From a virus (lineage: Duplodnaviria; Caudoviricetes): DNA of 41,157 bases. Below, in pieces: positions 1-8,653 of the stretch; the stretch's first letter is position 1, and each line of letters starts with the position of its first letter. The stretch lies in IMG/VR virus record IMGVR_UViG_3300048897_000119, positions 1-41,157 of that record. One strand, written 5' to 3'. The notes beneath the pieces are model-generated. The model was not told the origin of the DNA. It was given only the letters and a program-made list of their open reading frames with translations, and did not search any database. Both the position numbers and the translations under genes were made by a program.

Positions 1-384
1 ATGCCAACAACTATTGACAAGGAGCGGTTAAAAGAACTGGCTTCAGATCCCGAGCAGACCAGCGAATCTATCAGGGCAGCGCTGGGAGTGAGCGATCTCT
101 ACTACGAATTCAAGAAGGACCCAGCGCTCAAAACCATTTTTGAGGAAGCGAGAACAGCGGCACGAGCTGCCGGCGGAAGATTGAGAGGGCGTAAGCAGAC
201 CACTAAGGCGTCAGCGAAGAAACGCTCAACCCCCCCCCGCAATGGTAATGCCAAGGGCGGCGTGAGCAACGAGCTGCTCCGCAAGTTGATTCTGGAATTT
301 AGCCACGTCGATGTATATGGCAGGCCGAGCGAACACTTCAATGAAATCAGAGAAGAATTGGGAGCGGTGCTGCTTGTCTCTTAA
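1..384 (+). CDS. hypothetical phage protein, possible N-terminal HTH and basic linker
   Basis: 127-aa ORF from base 1; helical N-terminus (SESIRAALGVS) followed by a K/R-rich stretch. Confidence 0.6.
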   Translation: MPTTIDKERLKELASDPEQTSESIRAALGVSDLYYEFKKDPALKTIFEEARTAARAAGGRLRGRKQTTKASAKKRSTPPRNGNAKGGVSNELLRKLILEFSHVDVYGRPSEHFNEIREELGAVLLVS

Positions 385-396
385 ACGGAGAATCAA

Positions 397-684
397 ATGA
401 GCCCCACAAAGTTTCAATTTCAAAATGCAAAAGAATTTCGGAGTGGTGGCAACGATCTGCCTTCGGCCGTGGAAGCAACCTTGAAAGAGTTCCAGAAAGT
501 TGCGGCCGACAATCTCAGAAGAGGCGAAGGCAGCATCGTCACATCAGTGGTCAGCCCAAAAGAGGGTGCTTACTTCGCCATAGTTCTCGCCGGCCCCTTC
601 GATAACCTCGGCACGTTGCAGGACTCATTGAAGGACTCGGCGGAACAGATGCCCATCCATCTCGACCGACTAGGTTTCAAGTGA
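397..684 (+). CDS. hypothetical phage protein
   Basis: GGAG RBS upstream; GTGA overlap with the next ORF. Confidence 0.7.
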   Translation: MSPTKFQFQNAKEFRSGGNDLPSAVEATLKEFQKVAADNLRRGEGSIVTSVVSPKEGAYFAIVLAGPFDNLGTLQDSLKDSAEQMPIHLDRLGFK

Positions 685-962
685 AAAGGAAGCTTGAACA
701 AATTTCAGCCGCCGCGATGCCGCGCGTTACGCGGACCGAGATCGTGTGCGGCGATTGCAGCGGCATAGCGTTACTGCCACGGCGAACGCTGCTTACCACA
801 AATGGCGACTGTGCCGGCTGTGGCGGACGCAGTTTCGAGCTGGCTTCAAAGCTCTGCCAGAAGCTGGCTACCCATTTAACCGAGAGGCAAACAATGCCGA
901 CAGGCCCAGGCACCGGAGACGTGCTGATCGTGGACCAGGCGAGTTTTGACTACCCGAATTGA
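681..962 (+). CDS. small Zn-ribbon protein
   Basis: CGDC...CAGC cysteine pairs; GTG start coupled to the upstream stop. Confidence 0.65.
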   Translation: MKRKLEQISAAAMPRVTRTEIVCGDCSGIALLPRRTLLTTNGDCAGCGGRSFELASKLCQKLATHLTERQTMPTGPGTGDVLIVDQASFDYPN

Positions 963-980
963 ACGAAAGGACAAATAGAA

Positions 981-1673
981 ATGCAGCAGCAATATGTGAC
1001 ACGAACTCCGATGCAGCAGGCGGTAGTGGACCAGCTTGTGCGCAACTTCAATATTCAAGGCGACCGAGTCCTGTTTCTCAGCAGGCAGGACCCGATCGAT
1101 CCGTGGATTCCCTACGATCAGCTCGTGGCGATCGCGCGCCAGTCAGGGAGGTTTCAATCGATCGCTGAGTCGTACGTGGAATACATTTCCGACCTCAAAC
1201 AACTGATTCATTCAGCCACGGTCATTGATCCGGATGGCCGCAGTTACATTCGTTCAGGCGCTGCAACCATTGGAGAGAAACTGCCAAACGAAGAGATTCC
1301 AGACGAGCATGCACTCGCCGCGGCGCGCGCGCTAAAAGCTGCGCTCGATGCCGCCGGCTTTAATCCTGTTAAGGCCGCTCCGATTCTCGATCTCAATCTG
1401 CAACCAAAAGAACATGAAGTTGCGGATCAGGCAGAGTCGCGTCGACAAGACCTGAAAACCATTCATGCACTTGCGGAGCAAAAAGGTCTGATCGTGCCGC
1501 TGGATGAAGATGCTTCTCAGAAGGACTTCACGGCCTATCGCGGGTTTCTGGAAACAAACTTCGGCACAAAGACGACCGTGAGCATGGGACCGTCAGATCG
1601 GGCGCGGGTAATCAACGCCCTCCGAAATCTGCCGGATCTTGATGCGCCAAAAAACGTAGCGTGGAGGATGTAA
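981..1673 (+). CDS. hypothetical protein, possibly a RecT/Bet-like ssDNA-annealing protein
   Basis: 230-aa ORF with AAGGA RBS; PWIPYDQLVAIARQSGRFQSI loosely recalls the SSAP core. Gene is likely real, function is weak. Confidence 0.45.
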   Translation: MQQQYVTRTPMQQAVVDQLVRNFNIQGDRVLFLSRQDPIDPWIPYDQLVAIARQSGRFQSIAESYVEYISDLKQLIHSATVIDPDGRSYIRSGAATIGEKLPNEEIPDEHALAAARALKAALDAAGFNPVKAAPILDLNLQPKEHEVADQAESRRQDLKTIHALAEQKGLIVPLDEDASQKDFTAYRGFLETNFGTKTTVSMGPSDRARVINALRNLPDLDAPKNVAWRM

Positions 1674-1677
1674 TCGT

Positions 1678-1762
1678 GTTGACCACTGCCTTCGGTGAGG
1701 CACAGCTCAGAAGTGGTCAACCAGGCGAGGCGGGAGCTTGGGGGCATGCTCCCGCCTTCGCC
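1678..1762 (+). ncRNA. candidate structured cis-RNA: two adjacent stem-loops
   Basis: GTTGACCACT(1678-87)/AGTGGTCAAC(1712-21) perfect 10-bp stem enclosing GCCT/AGGC; then GGCGAGGCGGGAGC/GCTCCCGCCTTCGCC (1724-62) with one bulge. Confidence 0.5.
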
Positions 1763-1780
1763 AGCTTCAAACGAGGAATC

Positions 1781-2044
1781 ATGAAGCATCTTTGTCATCA
1801 CCCAACATGTGAAAAACCGGTACCGCCGAGCATGCTCGCGTGCAGGCAGCACTGGTTCGCGTTGCCGCCAGAGATTCGAAAACTAATCTGGCGCACCTAC
1901 AGACCAGGGCAGGAAGTAGATAAGCGGCCGAGCAGAGAGTACCTCGACGCTTTCAAGCAGGCCGAGGACTTCTGGAACCGACATCTGGCGAACGCAGCAG
2001 TCGTCAACGATTGCCCGCTCTTTGAAACAGCACTGAAGGACTGA
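1781..2044 (+). CDS. small Cys/His (Zn-binding) phage protein
   Basis: Start reassigned to ATG 1781 (GAGGA RBS); CHHPTC...CRQHWFALP motif. Confidence 0.75.
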   Translation: MKHLCHHPTCEKPVPPSMLACRQHWFALPPEIRKLIWRTYRPGQEVDKRPSREYLDAFKQAEDFWNRHLANAAVVNDCPLFETALKD

Positions 2045-2056
2045 GAGAACGCAGTT

Positions 2057-2245
2057 ATGACTGAAAACAAAATTACCCTTTCCCAAAAGACCGATATCGA
2101 GCTCCTGCTAATGAACATTCGGAACGCGAGGGCCGCGGCTCGTCACTGCATGATTAGCCGAGAACTCTATGTCGCAATAATAAATATCGAACAAGCCGAA
2201 ATGTGGATGGAAAAATTCCTGCGGGAGCATCCGGTCGAGAATTGA
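2057..2245 (+). CDS. hypothetical protein
   Basis: 62-aa helical ORF filling the operon gap. Confidence 0.6.
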   Translation: MTENKITLSQKTDIELLLMNIRNARAAARHCMISRELYVAIINIEQAEMWMEKFLREHPVEN

Positions 2246-2254
2246 AGCGGAGCA

Positions 2255-2557
2255 ATGAAAGTCGGACACCAATCAGGAAACACAACCAGCGATTTGTTCA
2301 TTCGTGTGGTGAAGCCGCACTCAAAATTTTGTACTGCTCCCAGGCGTCGCGGCGGGCACTGGCGGATCGACGTCGACAAAGACGATCGAGTGCAGCTCCT
2401 GCAGCGAAGCTGGTCAGGTGACATGCGGGGCAGTATGTACACGTTCATTCCGTTGTGCTGCAACATCACGCCTGGCTGCGAGGCTTTTATTCTCGCGCCG
2501 GCGTCGCATCTCGAGTGGGCCGTCGAAGCCGTCGTCGAGCAAAACGATCTTGAGTAG
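2255..2557 (+). CDS. hypothetical protein
   Basis: GGAG RBS; 100 aa; tiles with neighbours. Confidence 0.6.
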   Translation: MKVGHQSGNTTSDLFIRVVKPHSKFCTAPRRRGGHWRIDVDKDDRVQLLQRSWSGDMRGSMYTFIPLCCNITPGCEAFILAPASHLEWAVEAVVEQNDLE

Positions 2558-2984
2558 CAATTTTAATTTCGAAGCATTTGAGCACGAGCTGCTGAATCCG
2601 TTACGCGGCCATCAGTTGACGGAGTACGAGGCGTTTGTCGCCAACCTGCTGTTGGAAGCGTCAAGCAAGAATCCGATGCAAATAGCCGAAATCATTTTGG
2701 AGATCGGAAGGCGCTTCGGCGATTGGCCCAAAGAAAGAGAAGTCAAAAACATTGTGCGCACGCTTCGTAAGGAGCACGCGTTTCCGATCATTTCGCGGCG
2801 ATGCAAGCCCTCTGGTCTTTGGTGGTGCGGCTCCGCTGAGGAGATGAACGAATTCATCGAAACCTTTCGCAGTCAGGCGCTGGATGAGCTGCACACGCTC
2901 ACCAGAATCGTGAAGGAGAACTACCCCGCACTGGCGGGGCAGTTAACGCTGGAGGAGCAAAGCGATGGTCCCACGACCCACTGA
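2550..2984 (+). CDS. hypothetical protein, possible winged-helix DNA-binding domain
   Basis: Probable TTG start at 2550 overlapping the upstream stop; EREVKNIVRTLRKEHAFPIIS...GLWW pattern. Confidence 0.6.
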   Translation: MSSNFNFEAFEHELLNPLRGHQLTEYEAFVANLLLEASSKNPMQIAEIILEIGRRFGDWPKEREVKNIVRTLRKEHAFPIISRRCKPSGLWWCGSAEEMNEFIETFRSQALDELHTLTRIVKENYPALAGQLTLEEQSDGPTTH

Positions 2985-3288
2985 AGAAGAAATCATTCAA
3001 GACTTAATCTTTGAAGTTCAGACTGCGGCGACACTGGCGTGGGTGTATCAGCAAACGGAGGAGATTATCCACCAGATCATAGAGCAGCTCTTGGAGAAAG
3101 GCCTTGTCGCTCCCGTTGGGGGATCTCGCCTGGGTGACGTGCGCTGCACAATCTGTGGTGCGGAGTACGAACGCGAATACGAACTGCCTCGCGATCCTTG
3201 TCAGCAATGCGGCGGGTATGTGGAAGACGGCTGCAAGTGGTTCTACATCGGCGGTCCTATTTCGGAAGCTCTCGCGGCTGTTGCGTAA
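2965..3288 (+). CDS. hypothetical Zn-ribbon protein
   Basis: GGAGGAG RBS; CTIC...CQQC. Confidence 0.7.
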   Translation: MVPRPTEEEIIQDLIFEVQTAATLAWVYQQTEEIIHQIIEQLLEKGLVAPVGGSRLGDVRCTICGAEYEREYELPRDPCQQCGGYVEDGCKWFYIGGPISEALAAVA

Positions 3289-3300
3289 AGAGGAACCACA

Positions 3301-3534
3301 ATGAAAACCGTCGACGAACTGCCGATAACGACAAAACGGCTGCGCACAAACCGGAAGCTGCTCGCAGCTGAGATTAAGAAGCTAACGGCACTGTCGGCCA
3401 TGAAAGTCGACAACGCGCACAGTCGCACCGCTATGTGTTTGGGAGCAGTTTACGCGATCGGGTGGGTCTTAGGTGAATGCGAGACGCCGACTGAGAAGAT
3501 CGCGGCGGCGTTGCAGAAAGGACGCCACGCATGA
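3301..3534 (+). CDS. hypothetical protein
   Basis: AGAGGA RBS; ATGA overlap with the next ORF. Confidence 0.7.
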   Translation: MKTVDELPITTKRLRTNRKLLAAEIKKLTALSAMKVDNAHSRTAMCLGAVYAIGWVLGECETPTEKIAAALQKGRHA

Positions 3535-3854
3535 AGAAACGTCGCTGCCAGGGTGTGCTGATCGAAAACGAGTTCTGCCAGAACGACGGCAAAGATGCTT
3601 TTGTATGCATCTGGTGTGGAACCACTTACGACAGGAAGCCAGGCATTGATGCCGATGATCGGTGTCGAGCCAGGTTTCTGACTTATAAACCCGTTCGAGG
3701 GTTAATTGATCAGGTTTGTGCGGCTAGCGCTGGGGCACGCTCGCTGCACGAGGAGGAGAGCCGTCGAGGTGGGTCGGCGGGTCTCCCCAGGGGAGCCGTC
3801 GAAGTGGATGCCGGCGGCTCTCCCAAAACAAAGCTGCAGAAACGCATTGCATGA
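3531..3854 (+). CDS. hypothetical Cys-rich protein
   Basis: ATGA coupling on both sides; several Cys including CIWC. Confidence 0.6.
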   Translation: MKKRRCQGVLIENEFCQNDGKDAFVCIWCGTTYDRKPGIDADDRCRARFLTYKPVRGLIDQVCAASAGARSLHEEESRRGGSAGLPRGAVEVDAGGSPKTKLQKRIA

Positions 3855-4111
3855 AACGGACGATCACGCTAATTGGCGCGGCGAACTATCGCGGAGAGGA
3901 ATACGATCCGCGAACAAAGTCGCTGAAGATCCAGATTGGAAACATTGTTTTTGAGACCGTCGATATATTGGGTCGCTACACCTGGTTGGCGCGAACGGAG
4001 GGAATCGGAGACCTGGCCAAAGAGCAAAAAATGCTTCGGAGTCCTCGCGGCCAGTTCCGTGGAGTACTGGAAACGAGGCAACGCCGAAAGGTCCATGAGG
4101 AAGTTTATTGA
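3851..4111 (+). CDS. hypothetical protein
   Basis: ATGA coupling; 86 aa. Confidence 0.6.
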   Translation: MKRTITLIGAANYRGEEYDPRTKSLKIQIGNIVFETVDILGRYTWLARTEGIGDLAKEQKMLRSPRGQFRGVLETRQRRKVHEEVY

Positions 4112-4138
4112 GCGGTTGGTTAAGCATCAGGAGTAATC

Positions 4139-4777
4139 ATGCAGTTAGCAGCACGTCAAGAACGTCGCCGTCGAAGCTCACCACGCTCTACGCGTGACCG
4201 CACGATCGCGGCCATTCATATTACCTGGAAAAAGATCAGACGCGATTTGCGAGACGCAGAAGAGTCGCGAGAGCAAAGACTGGCCTTTATGGTTGGGGTG
4301 CTCAACTTAAGGCGACCGATCGCGTCTTCGCGAGATCTGACTGACAGGCAGCTTGGGAAAGTGCTGGACCGGATGCGCGAGCTCGAGAGACAGCCTGAGT
4401 TGCCAGGCGCGCAAACCATTCATGCAGTGACCGCGGAAGAATCGGCGAACACCGGAGCTGAGATCATTCACCTGGCGACGGCGGCACAAGTTGCGACGAT
4501 CGAGAAGCTGTTGGTCCACCTGGGATGGAGTCCGGAAGCGCAAGCTGGTTTCATCCAGAAAAGATTTCAGCGAACCTCACCGCGGCTGCTCACACCCACG
4601 CAGGCCAACAGCCTGACAATGATCCTGCTTAACATCGCAGCCGCAAAAGCGATCCGCGAGCGTGAGGATGTCATGCGCGTGACGCGCACCATGATTCGTG
4701 TAGAGATCCCGCAGCTGAAGCGCCGCCTGGGGATAGATCAGAAGCTGGTGGTGGAAAGAAAGGACTACGACGAATGA
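4139..4777 (+). CDS. Mu gp16/GemA (DUF1018)-like regulatory protein
   Basis: AGGAG RBS; IAAIHI...SSRDLTDRQLGKVLDRM and Q..TIEKLLVHLGW...FIQKRF...LTPTQANSL patterns; Mu-like position. Confidence 0.75.
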   Translation: MQLAARQERRRRSSPRSTRDRTIAAIHITWKKIRRDLRDAEESREQRLAFMVGVLNLRRPIASSRDLTDRQLGKVLDRMRELERQPELPGAQTIHAVTAEESANTGAEIIHLATAAQVATIEKLLVHLGWSPEAQAGFIQKRFQRTSPRLLTPTQANSLTMILLNIAAAKAIREREDVMRVTRTMIRVEIPQLKRRLGIDQKLVVERKDYDE

Positions 4778-5055
4778 GCGCGAACCGCAGAACAGAAAAG
4801 GAGTGGCCGGCACACTACAATCCTAAACCAGGCGAACTCAACGCCGCGTGGCCCACCGTCCGTACGGAAACTCTCGTCGAGTTGGTCCTGGGCGCAATCA
4901 AACGCGGCGCGGAGACGGAACGAGAGATCAAGAAAGCCACAAACCTGAAGGACCATCAGCTGAGTAACGCCCTGGCAGAACTGATCCTATGGCGCAAACA
5001 AATCACCTGCACTGTCGATGAAACCGCAGACGTTAGAAGGTATTTTCCAGTCTGA
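4774..5055 (+). CDS. putative winged-helix DNA-binding protein
   Basis: VLGAIKRGAETEREIKKATNLKDHQLSNALAEL HTH-like pattern; ATGA coupling. Confidence 0.6.
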   Translation: MSANRRTEKEWPAHYNPKPGELNAAWPTVRTETLVELVLGAIKRGAETEREIKKATNLKDHQLSNALAELILWRKQITCTVDETADVRRYFPV

Positions 5056-5112
5056 TTGAGGAGAGCCCTATGCAGATTGATCTTGGCCGGAAAGTTGCGG
5101 GGGGGGGCAAAG

Positions 5113-5412
5113 GTGAAGGTGGTTCGCGTGAAGAATCGCGTCTACCACAACGGACGGCTCGTCTCCCATTCAGAATATGCAGTGATCGATCCTGATGGCA
5201 CGCGAGGCGTTATAGCGCACCTGGTTTTCAACCGAGGCGCATGGATCGCGGTCCAACGAACGACAGAGCGAAGCTTTGGTAAGGCAGTTTCACCGATCAA
5301 CATGAAGCTGCTTCGAGACGTGAAGCAGTGGGTGTTCGAAAAGTGGGGCCAGCCGGATGAAGGCCAAATTACAATCAAAACGAGTAACAACAGCGAGGCA
5401 CCAACGCCCTAA
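5113..5412 (+). CDS. hypothetical protein
   Basis: Probable GTG start 5113 behind a G-rich RBS-like run (ORF track starts it at 5056). Confidence 0.55.
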   Translation: MKVVRVKNRVYHNGRLVSHSEYAVIDPDGTRGVIAHLVFNRGAWIAVQRTTERSFGKAVSPINMKLLRDVKQWVFEKWGQPDEGQITIKTSNNSEAPTP

Positions 5413-5423
5413 AGGAAGTCGTC

Positions 5424-5711
5424 ATGCAGGAACGCCAAATCATCAAAGAGATCGGAAGTGATCAGATCGGCTTTTACTTTTCTCTCGGCCGCGAGGCGGA
5501 AGACACCTTTAAGGTTGACATCGTTCGTGAAGACTTTGAGCGGGCGTACTTCTGCGCGGTGCGGGCGTTACGACATCTGAAGTTTAAGAAACACAACTTC
5601 ATGCCTCTAAAGTGTGACGGCTGCAAAGAGGTTGCGTTGTTTCTCACGGAACCAGGGTATCGAGGCGATGAACATAACCCAATCGGCACCGATTGCGAGC
5701 GGTCTTACTAA
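5424..5711 (+). CDS. hypothetical protein
   Basis: AAGGA RBS; CDGC motif. Confidence 0.65.
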   Translation: MQERQIIKEIGSDQIGFYFSLGREAEDTFKVDIVREDFERAYFCAVRALRHLKFKKHNFMPLKCDGCKEVALFLTEPGYRGDEHNPIGTDCERSY

Positions 5712-5744
5712 GCGATCTGCCTAACCGGACCAGTGAAGTGAACC

Positions 5745-5966
5745 ATGCCACGCGGTAAAGCGAAACAACTAACAGAGAGTGATTTGATCAAGCGGGAACA
5801 ATCGCGCCGCGAATCTGCCGCTGAATTCGAGCGGCTTAAAGAGCACTGGCCCGAACTCCGCCAGGCGCTCGCACCAGAGGCCGTTTTAGCAATGTGGATA
5901 CTGCTTGGTGATGCAATATTTGTGAAGGAGCAACACAATGGCGCAACCACGAAGGGAGCGGACTAG
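5745..5966 (+). CDS. hypothetical protein
   Basis: 73 aa; stop overlaps the next start. Confidence 0.6.
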   Translation: MPRGKAKQLTESDLIKREQSRRESAAEFERLKEHWPELRQALAPEAVLAMWILLGDAIFVKEQHNGATTKGAD

Positions 5967-6277
5967 TGAGCAAAACGCCTGAGCAAATCACAGCGTATCT
6001 CGACCGCAAAAGGTTGGCGCTCGACGATCCGAATTACCATTCTCGCTTCTGGACAGAACTCGCGGACGGGAACGACATCAACTTCGAGGTCAACGCAGAC
6101 CATGACGCGGAGGTGCAGATCCAGGTTCAGGCCCTTTCTGTAACAGTGTTTGTGAACATGATGCTTGCTGAGGCCCGCGCGGTTCATGACGCGCTGGGCC
6201 GAGCTATCGCAGAACGAGCAGAGGAAGTCGAGTACATTGGAGCTGGAGCAAGCGATAACACGGAGGAGCATGCCTGA
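5966..6277 (+). CDS. hypothetical acidic protein
   Basis: GGGAG RBS; 1-nt overlaps on both sides. Confidence 0.65.
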   Translation: MSKTPEQITAYLDRKRLALDDPNYHSRFWTELADGNDINFEVNADHDAEVQIQVQALSVTVFVNMMLAEARAVHDALGRAIAERAEEVEYIGAGASDNTEEHA

Positions 6278-6591
6278 TGTTAACAGTCCGATTTCCTGAC
6301 GGGACTACCGTTGAATACAACACGGCTCACTACCTGATCCGCGACTCGAATGGCTGGGTGCTCTACACAGCGAAAGACGGCGATTGGGTAGCTTGGATCT
6401 CTGCCGCGTCGGGCTGCATTATCGAGGCCACTCGCCCTTGCCGGATCTACAACGCGATGCACACAACGGAACAGTTGCGTTTGCTGATACAGGAGCTCCG
6501 CCGCATGAACTATAGCGATCTTTCAATCGCCGTGACGCTGAAGCGCGAGCTGGCGAAATTCAATTCGAGAACGAGAACCTGGAAGGAGTAA
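6277..6591 (+). CDS. hypothetical protein
   Basis: GGAGGAG RBS; TGATG coupling. Confidence 0.7.
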   Translation: MLTVRFPDGTTVEYNTAHYLIRDSNGWVLYTAKDGDWVAWISAASGCIIEATRPCRIYNAMHTTEQLRLLIQELRRMNYSDLSIAVTLKRELAKFNSRTRTWKE

Positions 6592-6598
6592 ACGCAAA

Positions 6599-6829
6599 AT
6601 GCCTGACGTATTAGCTGATGGGCGGTTCGGCCGAGACGACGGAATTAAGTGCGACGAATGTGGAAGCAAGACATTTCTCGTCGACGATCAGGGCGGCGGC
6701 CTTATGAGTTACGAATGTGAAGAATGCGAGCTAGTGTTCTTAGTTCAATACGAACATGAGGATGACGAAGAATATGAAGCGGAGGGTTGGGAAGAAGCGA
6801 TGTTCGACGAGCGAGGCAGTCCGGTGTGA
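6599..6829 (+). CDS. Zn-ribbon protein with acidic tail
   Basis: AAGGAG RBS; CDEC...CEEC followed by a D/E-rich C-terminus. Confidence 0.7.
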   Translation: MPDVLADGRFGRDDGIKCDECGSKTFLVDDQGGGLMSYECEECELVFLVQYEHEDDEEYEAEGWEEAMFDERGSPV

Positions 6830-6852
6830 AGAGCGGCTGCACAAAAACCATG

Positions 6853-6988
6853 TTGCACGTAAGGCGAAGCTGGGCTACATTCAAAGGCCGAACATTGTGC
6901 CCTTCAACAGGGCCTGACTAAAGCACAAAAAGAAAGAGGCTCGCAGCAGCCCATCGACCCTTTGAGGTCGATGGGCTGTTTGCTTTTT
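6853..6988 (+). promoter_or_regulatory. late leader copy 1: sigma70-like promoter + small hairpin + AGAGGCTC box + terminator
   Basis: TTGCAC(6853-58)-17-TACATT(6876-81); GCCCT-tcaac-AGGGC (6899-6913); AGAGGCTCGCAGCAGCCC (6935-52); 13-bp stem 6947-59/6966-78 followed by TTTGCTTTTT. Confidence 0.8.
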
Positions 6989-7017
6989 ATCAATCATTCG
7001 AAAAGGAGAAAGGAAAA

Positions 7018-7164
7018 ATGTCAGACGAGTCGACGACGGAACAAACCAACACAACCACAACCACAGAAACGGTTGAGAAGTCCGCACCTGCAGCCGAATC
7101 CGCTGAGACGGATGAGCAGAAGAGTAAAGACGAAAAGGCTGACGGCGCATCGTCCGCTGAATAA
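7018..7164 (+). CDS. 48-aa acidic low-complexity peptide (not in ORF track)
   Basis: AAGGAGAAAGGA RBS; MSDESTTEQTNTTTTTETVEKSAPAAESAETDEQKSKDEKADGASSAE*. Confidence 0.7.
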   Translation: MSDESTTEQTNTTTTTETVEKSAPAAESAETDEQKSKDEKADGASSAE

Positions 7165-7182
7165 CTGAAACCATCGGGGAGC

Positions 7183-7743
7183 GTGCAACGCGTGCCAGCA
7201 CCTAAATGGACAGAAGCAGACCTGAGGAGGCAATTTGCCTCCTCGGTAAAACTGCTGCCGCATTTTCGAGAGGCGGCGTCCAGCTTCAATCTTCCGATCG
7301 AGATCCTAATGGCGATCGCCAGTCGTGAAACGAATATCCAAAACATCGTCGGAGACGGCGGTCACGGCTATGGCCTAATGCAGGTCGACAATCGCAGTAA
7401 CGCTTTGTGGGTTGCAAAGGGCCTGTGGCGAGAGATGCGAGAAGCGATCCGGAAGGGAGCCGAAATCCTCAACGCCAAACGCACCTGGGTAATTCAGAAC
7501 CAGTCAAAGCAGCTGCGTGTGGGCGGCCGTGAATTCAAAGGCAGGGGCTTTCAAAACGCAGACGAGATATTGCGCGTAGCGATCGCCGGCTACAACTGCG
7601 GGGAAGGCTGGGCCTACTACCACTTTTCCACCAGCGGAGATCCGGATCGCGGCACCACCGGTCGAGACTACTCGGCCGACGTGTTGAAGCGTGCCGCGGT
7701 CTTCTCACAACTATTAACCCCGCGCGCTGAACAACGCGCTTAA
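7183..7743 (+). CDS. endolysin, goose-type lysozyme / GH23-like
   Basis: AIASRET (catalytic Glu), GYGLMQVD, AGYNCG and DRGTTGRDYSADV motifs. Confidence 0.88.
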   Translation: MQRVPAPKWTEADLRRQFASSVKLLPHFREAASSFNLPIEILMAIASRETNIQNIVGDGGHGYGLMQVDNRSNALWVAKGLWREMREAIRKGAEILNAKRTWVIQNQSKQLRVGGREFKGRGFQNADEILRVAIAGYNCGEGWAYYHFSTSGDPDRGTTGRDYSADVLKRAAVFSQLLTPRAEQRA

Positions 7744-7753
7744 CTGAAAGGAG

Positions 7754-8341
7754 ATGATCCACTTGTTGCATTTAAGAGTTCCTCTCATGCTCATATTGAC
7801 GATTGTGTTTGTTGTGTTCTCTGCTCTCGCGTTTCCATCAGCAACGCGCGCACAAAACACGGAGGTATTTGTCGGCGCATCATTCGTCAGGGCCAATCCG
7901 CATTTCACTCGACCCGATTTTCGTTTCAACCACGATACTGATCAGATCGGTTTCGACGTGGCTATAACCGGCTACTTCGGCGACCGTCCGATCGGTCTCA
8001 CGGCTGATATCGCAGGCAGTTGGCGCAGCAAAGATCGGGCAGACTCGAGTTTGTTGACGATCATGGCTGGTCCAACAGTTAAAGTGAGGGGACATCGCGT
8101 TGAGCCGTTCGTTCACGGCCTGGTCGGTGTCGGTAGATTTGCAGCGGCGGGCCAACAGACCAGCTTCCGTTTTGACAAGAGCACTACCGGATGGGCCTAC
8201 GCTTTGGGAGGTGGTTTGGACATAAAGATAAATCGGCGGTTAGCGATCCGGCCGCTTCAGCTCGAGTATCTGTCCACACGGATACTCGAAAAGAACGTCC
8301 GGTACATGCGAGCCGCGGCCGGCATTGTGATCAGCTTCTGA
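7754..8341 (+). CDS. small outer-membrane beta-barrel protein
   Basis: Signal peptide ending ATRA|Q; alternating strands (EPFVHGLVG, YALGGGLD); C-terminal aromatic residue (GIVISF). Confidence 0.8.
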   Translation: MIHLLHLRVPLMLILTIVFVVFSALAFPSATRAQNTEVFVGASFVRANPHFTRPDFRFNHDTDQIGFDVAITGYFGDRPIGLTADIAGSWRSKDRADSSLLTIMAGPTVKVRGHRVEPFVHGLVGVGRFAAAGQQTSFRFDKSTTGWAYALGGGLDIKINRRLAIRPLQLEYLSTRILEKNVRYMRAAAGIVISF

Positions 8342-8389
8342 AAAGGACCCCCATAGAACAACCATCAATCAGACGAAAGGAGTGACAAA

Positions 8390-8653
8390 GTGACTGACCA
8401 GGGAAAACCAAGATTCAATCCGATAGTCCTGGCGCTGATTACCGGCAACCTGCAGGCTTTTGGAGTCACGCTTCAGGGCCTCGACGAAAATAGCACCGGC
8501 AGAGATGACGTCGTGGGCAATTTTCTAGTTGCCGGCTCTGAGATTCTACCGGCGTATTTGCAAAGCAATGACGGCAGGTTGGACCGTGCGCTGCTGGCAA
8601 CTTACAAGAGCATCGGCAGTTATCTCCAAGCACGCGGCATCGCAGTCTCATGA
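8390..8653 (+). CDS. hypothetical lysis-region protein
   Basis: AAGGAG RBS, GTG start, ATGA coupling. Confidence 0.65.
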   Translation: MTDQGKPRFNPIVLALITGNLQAFGVTLQGLDENSTGRDDVVGNFLVAGSEILPAYLQSNDGRLDRALLATYKSIGSYLQARGIAVS

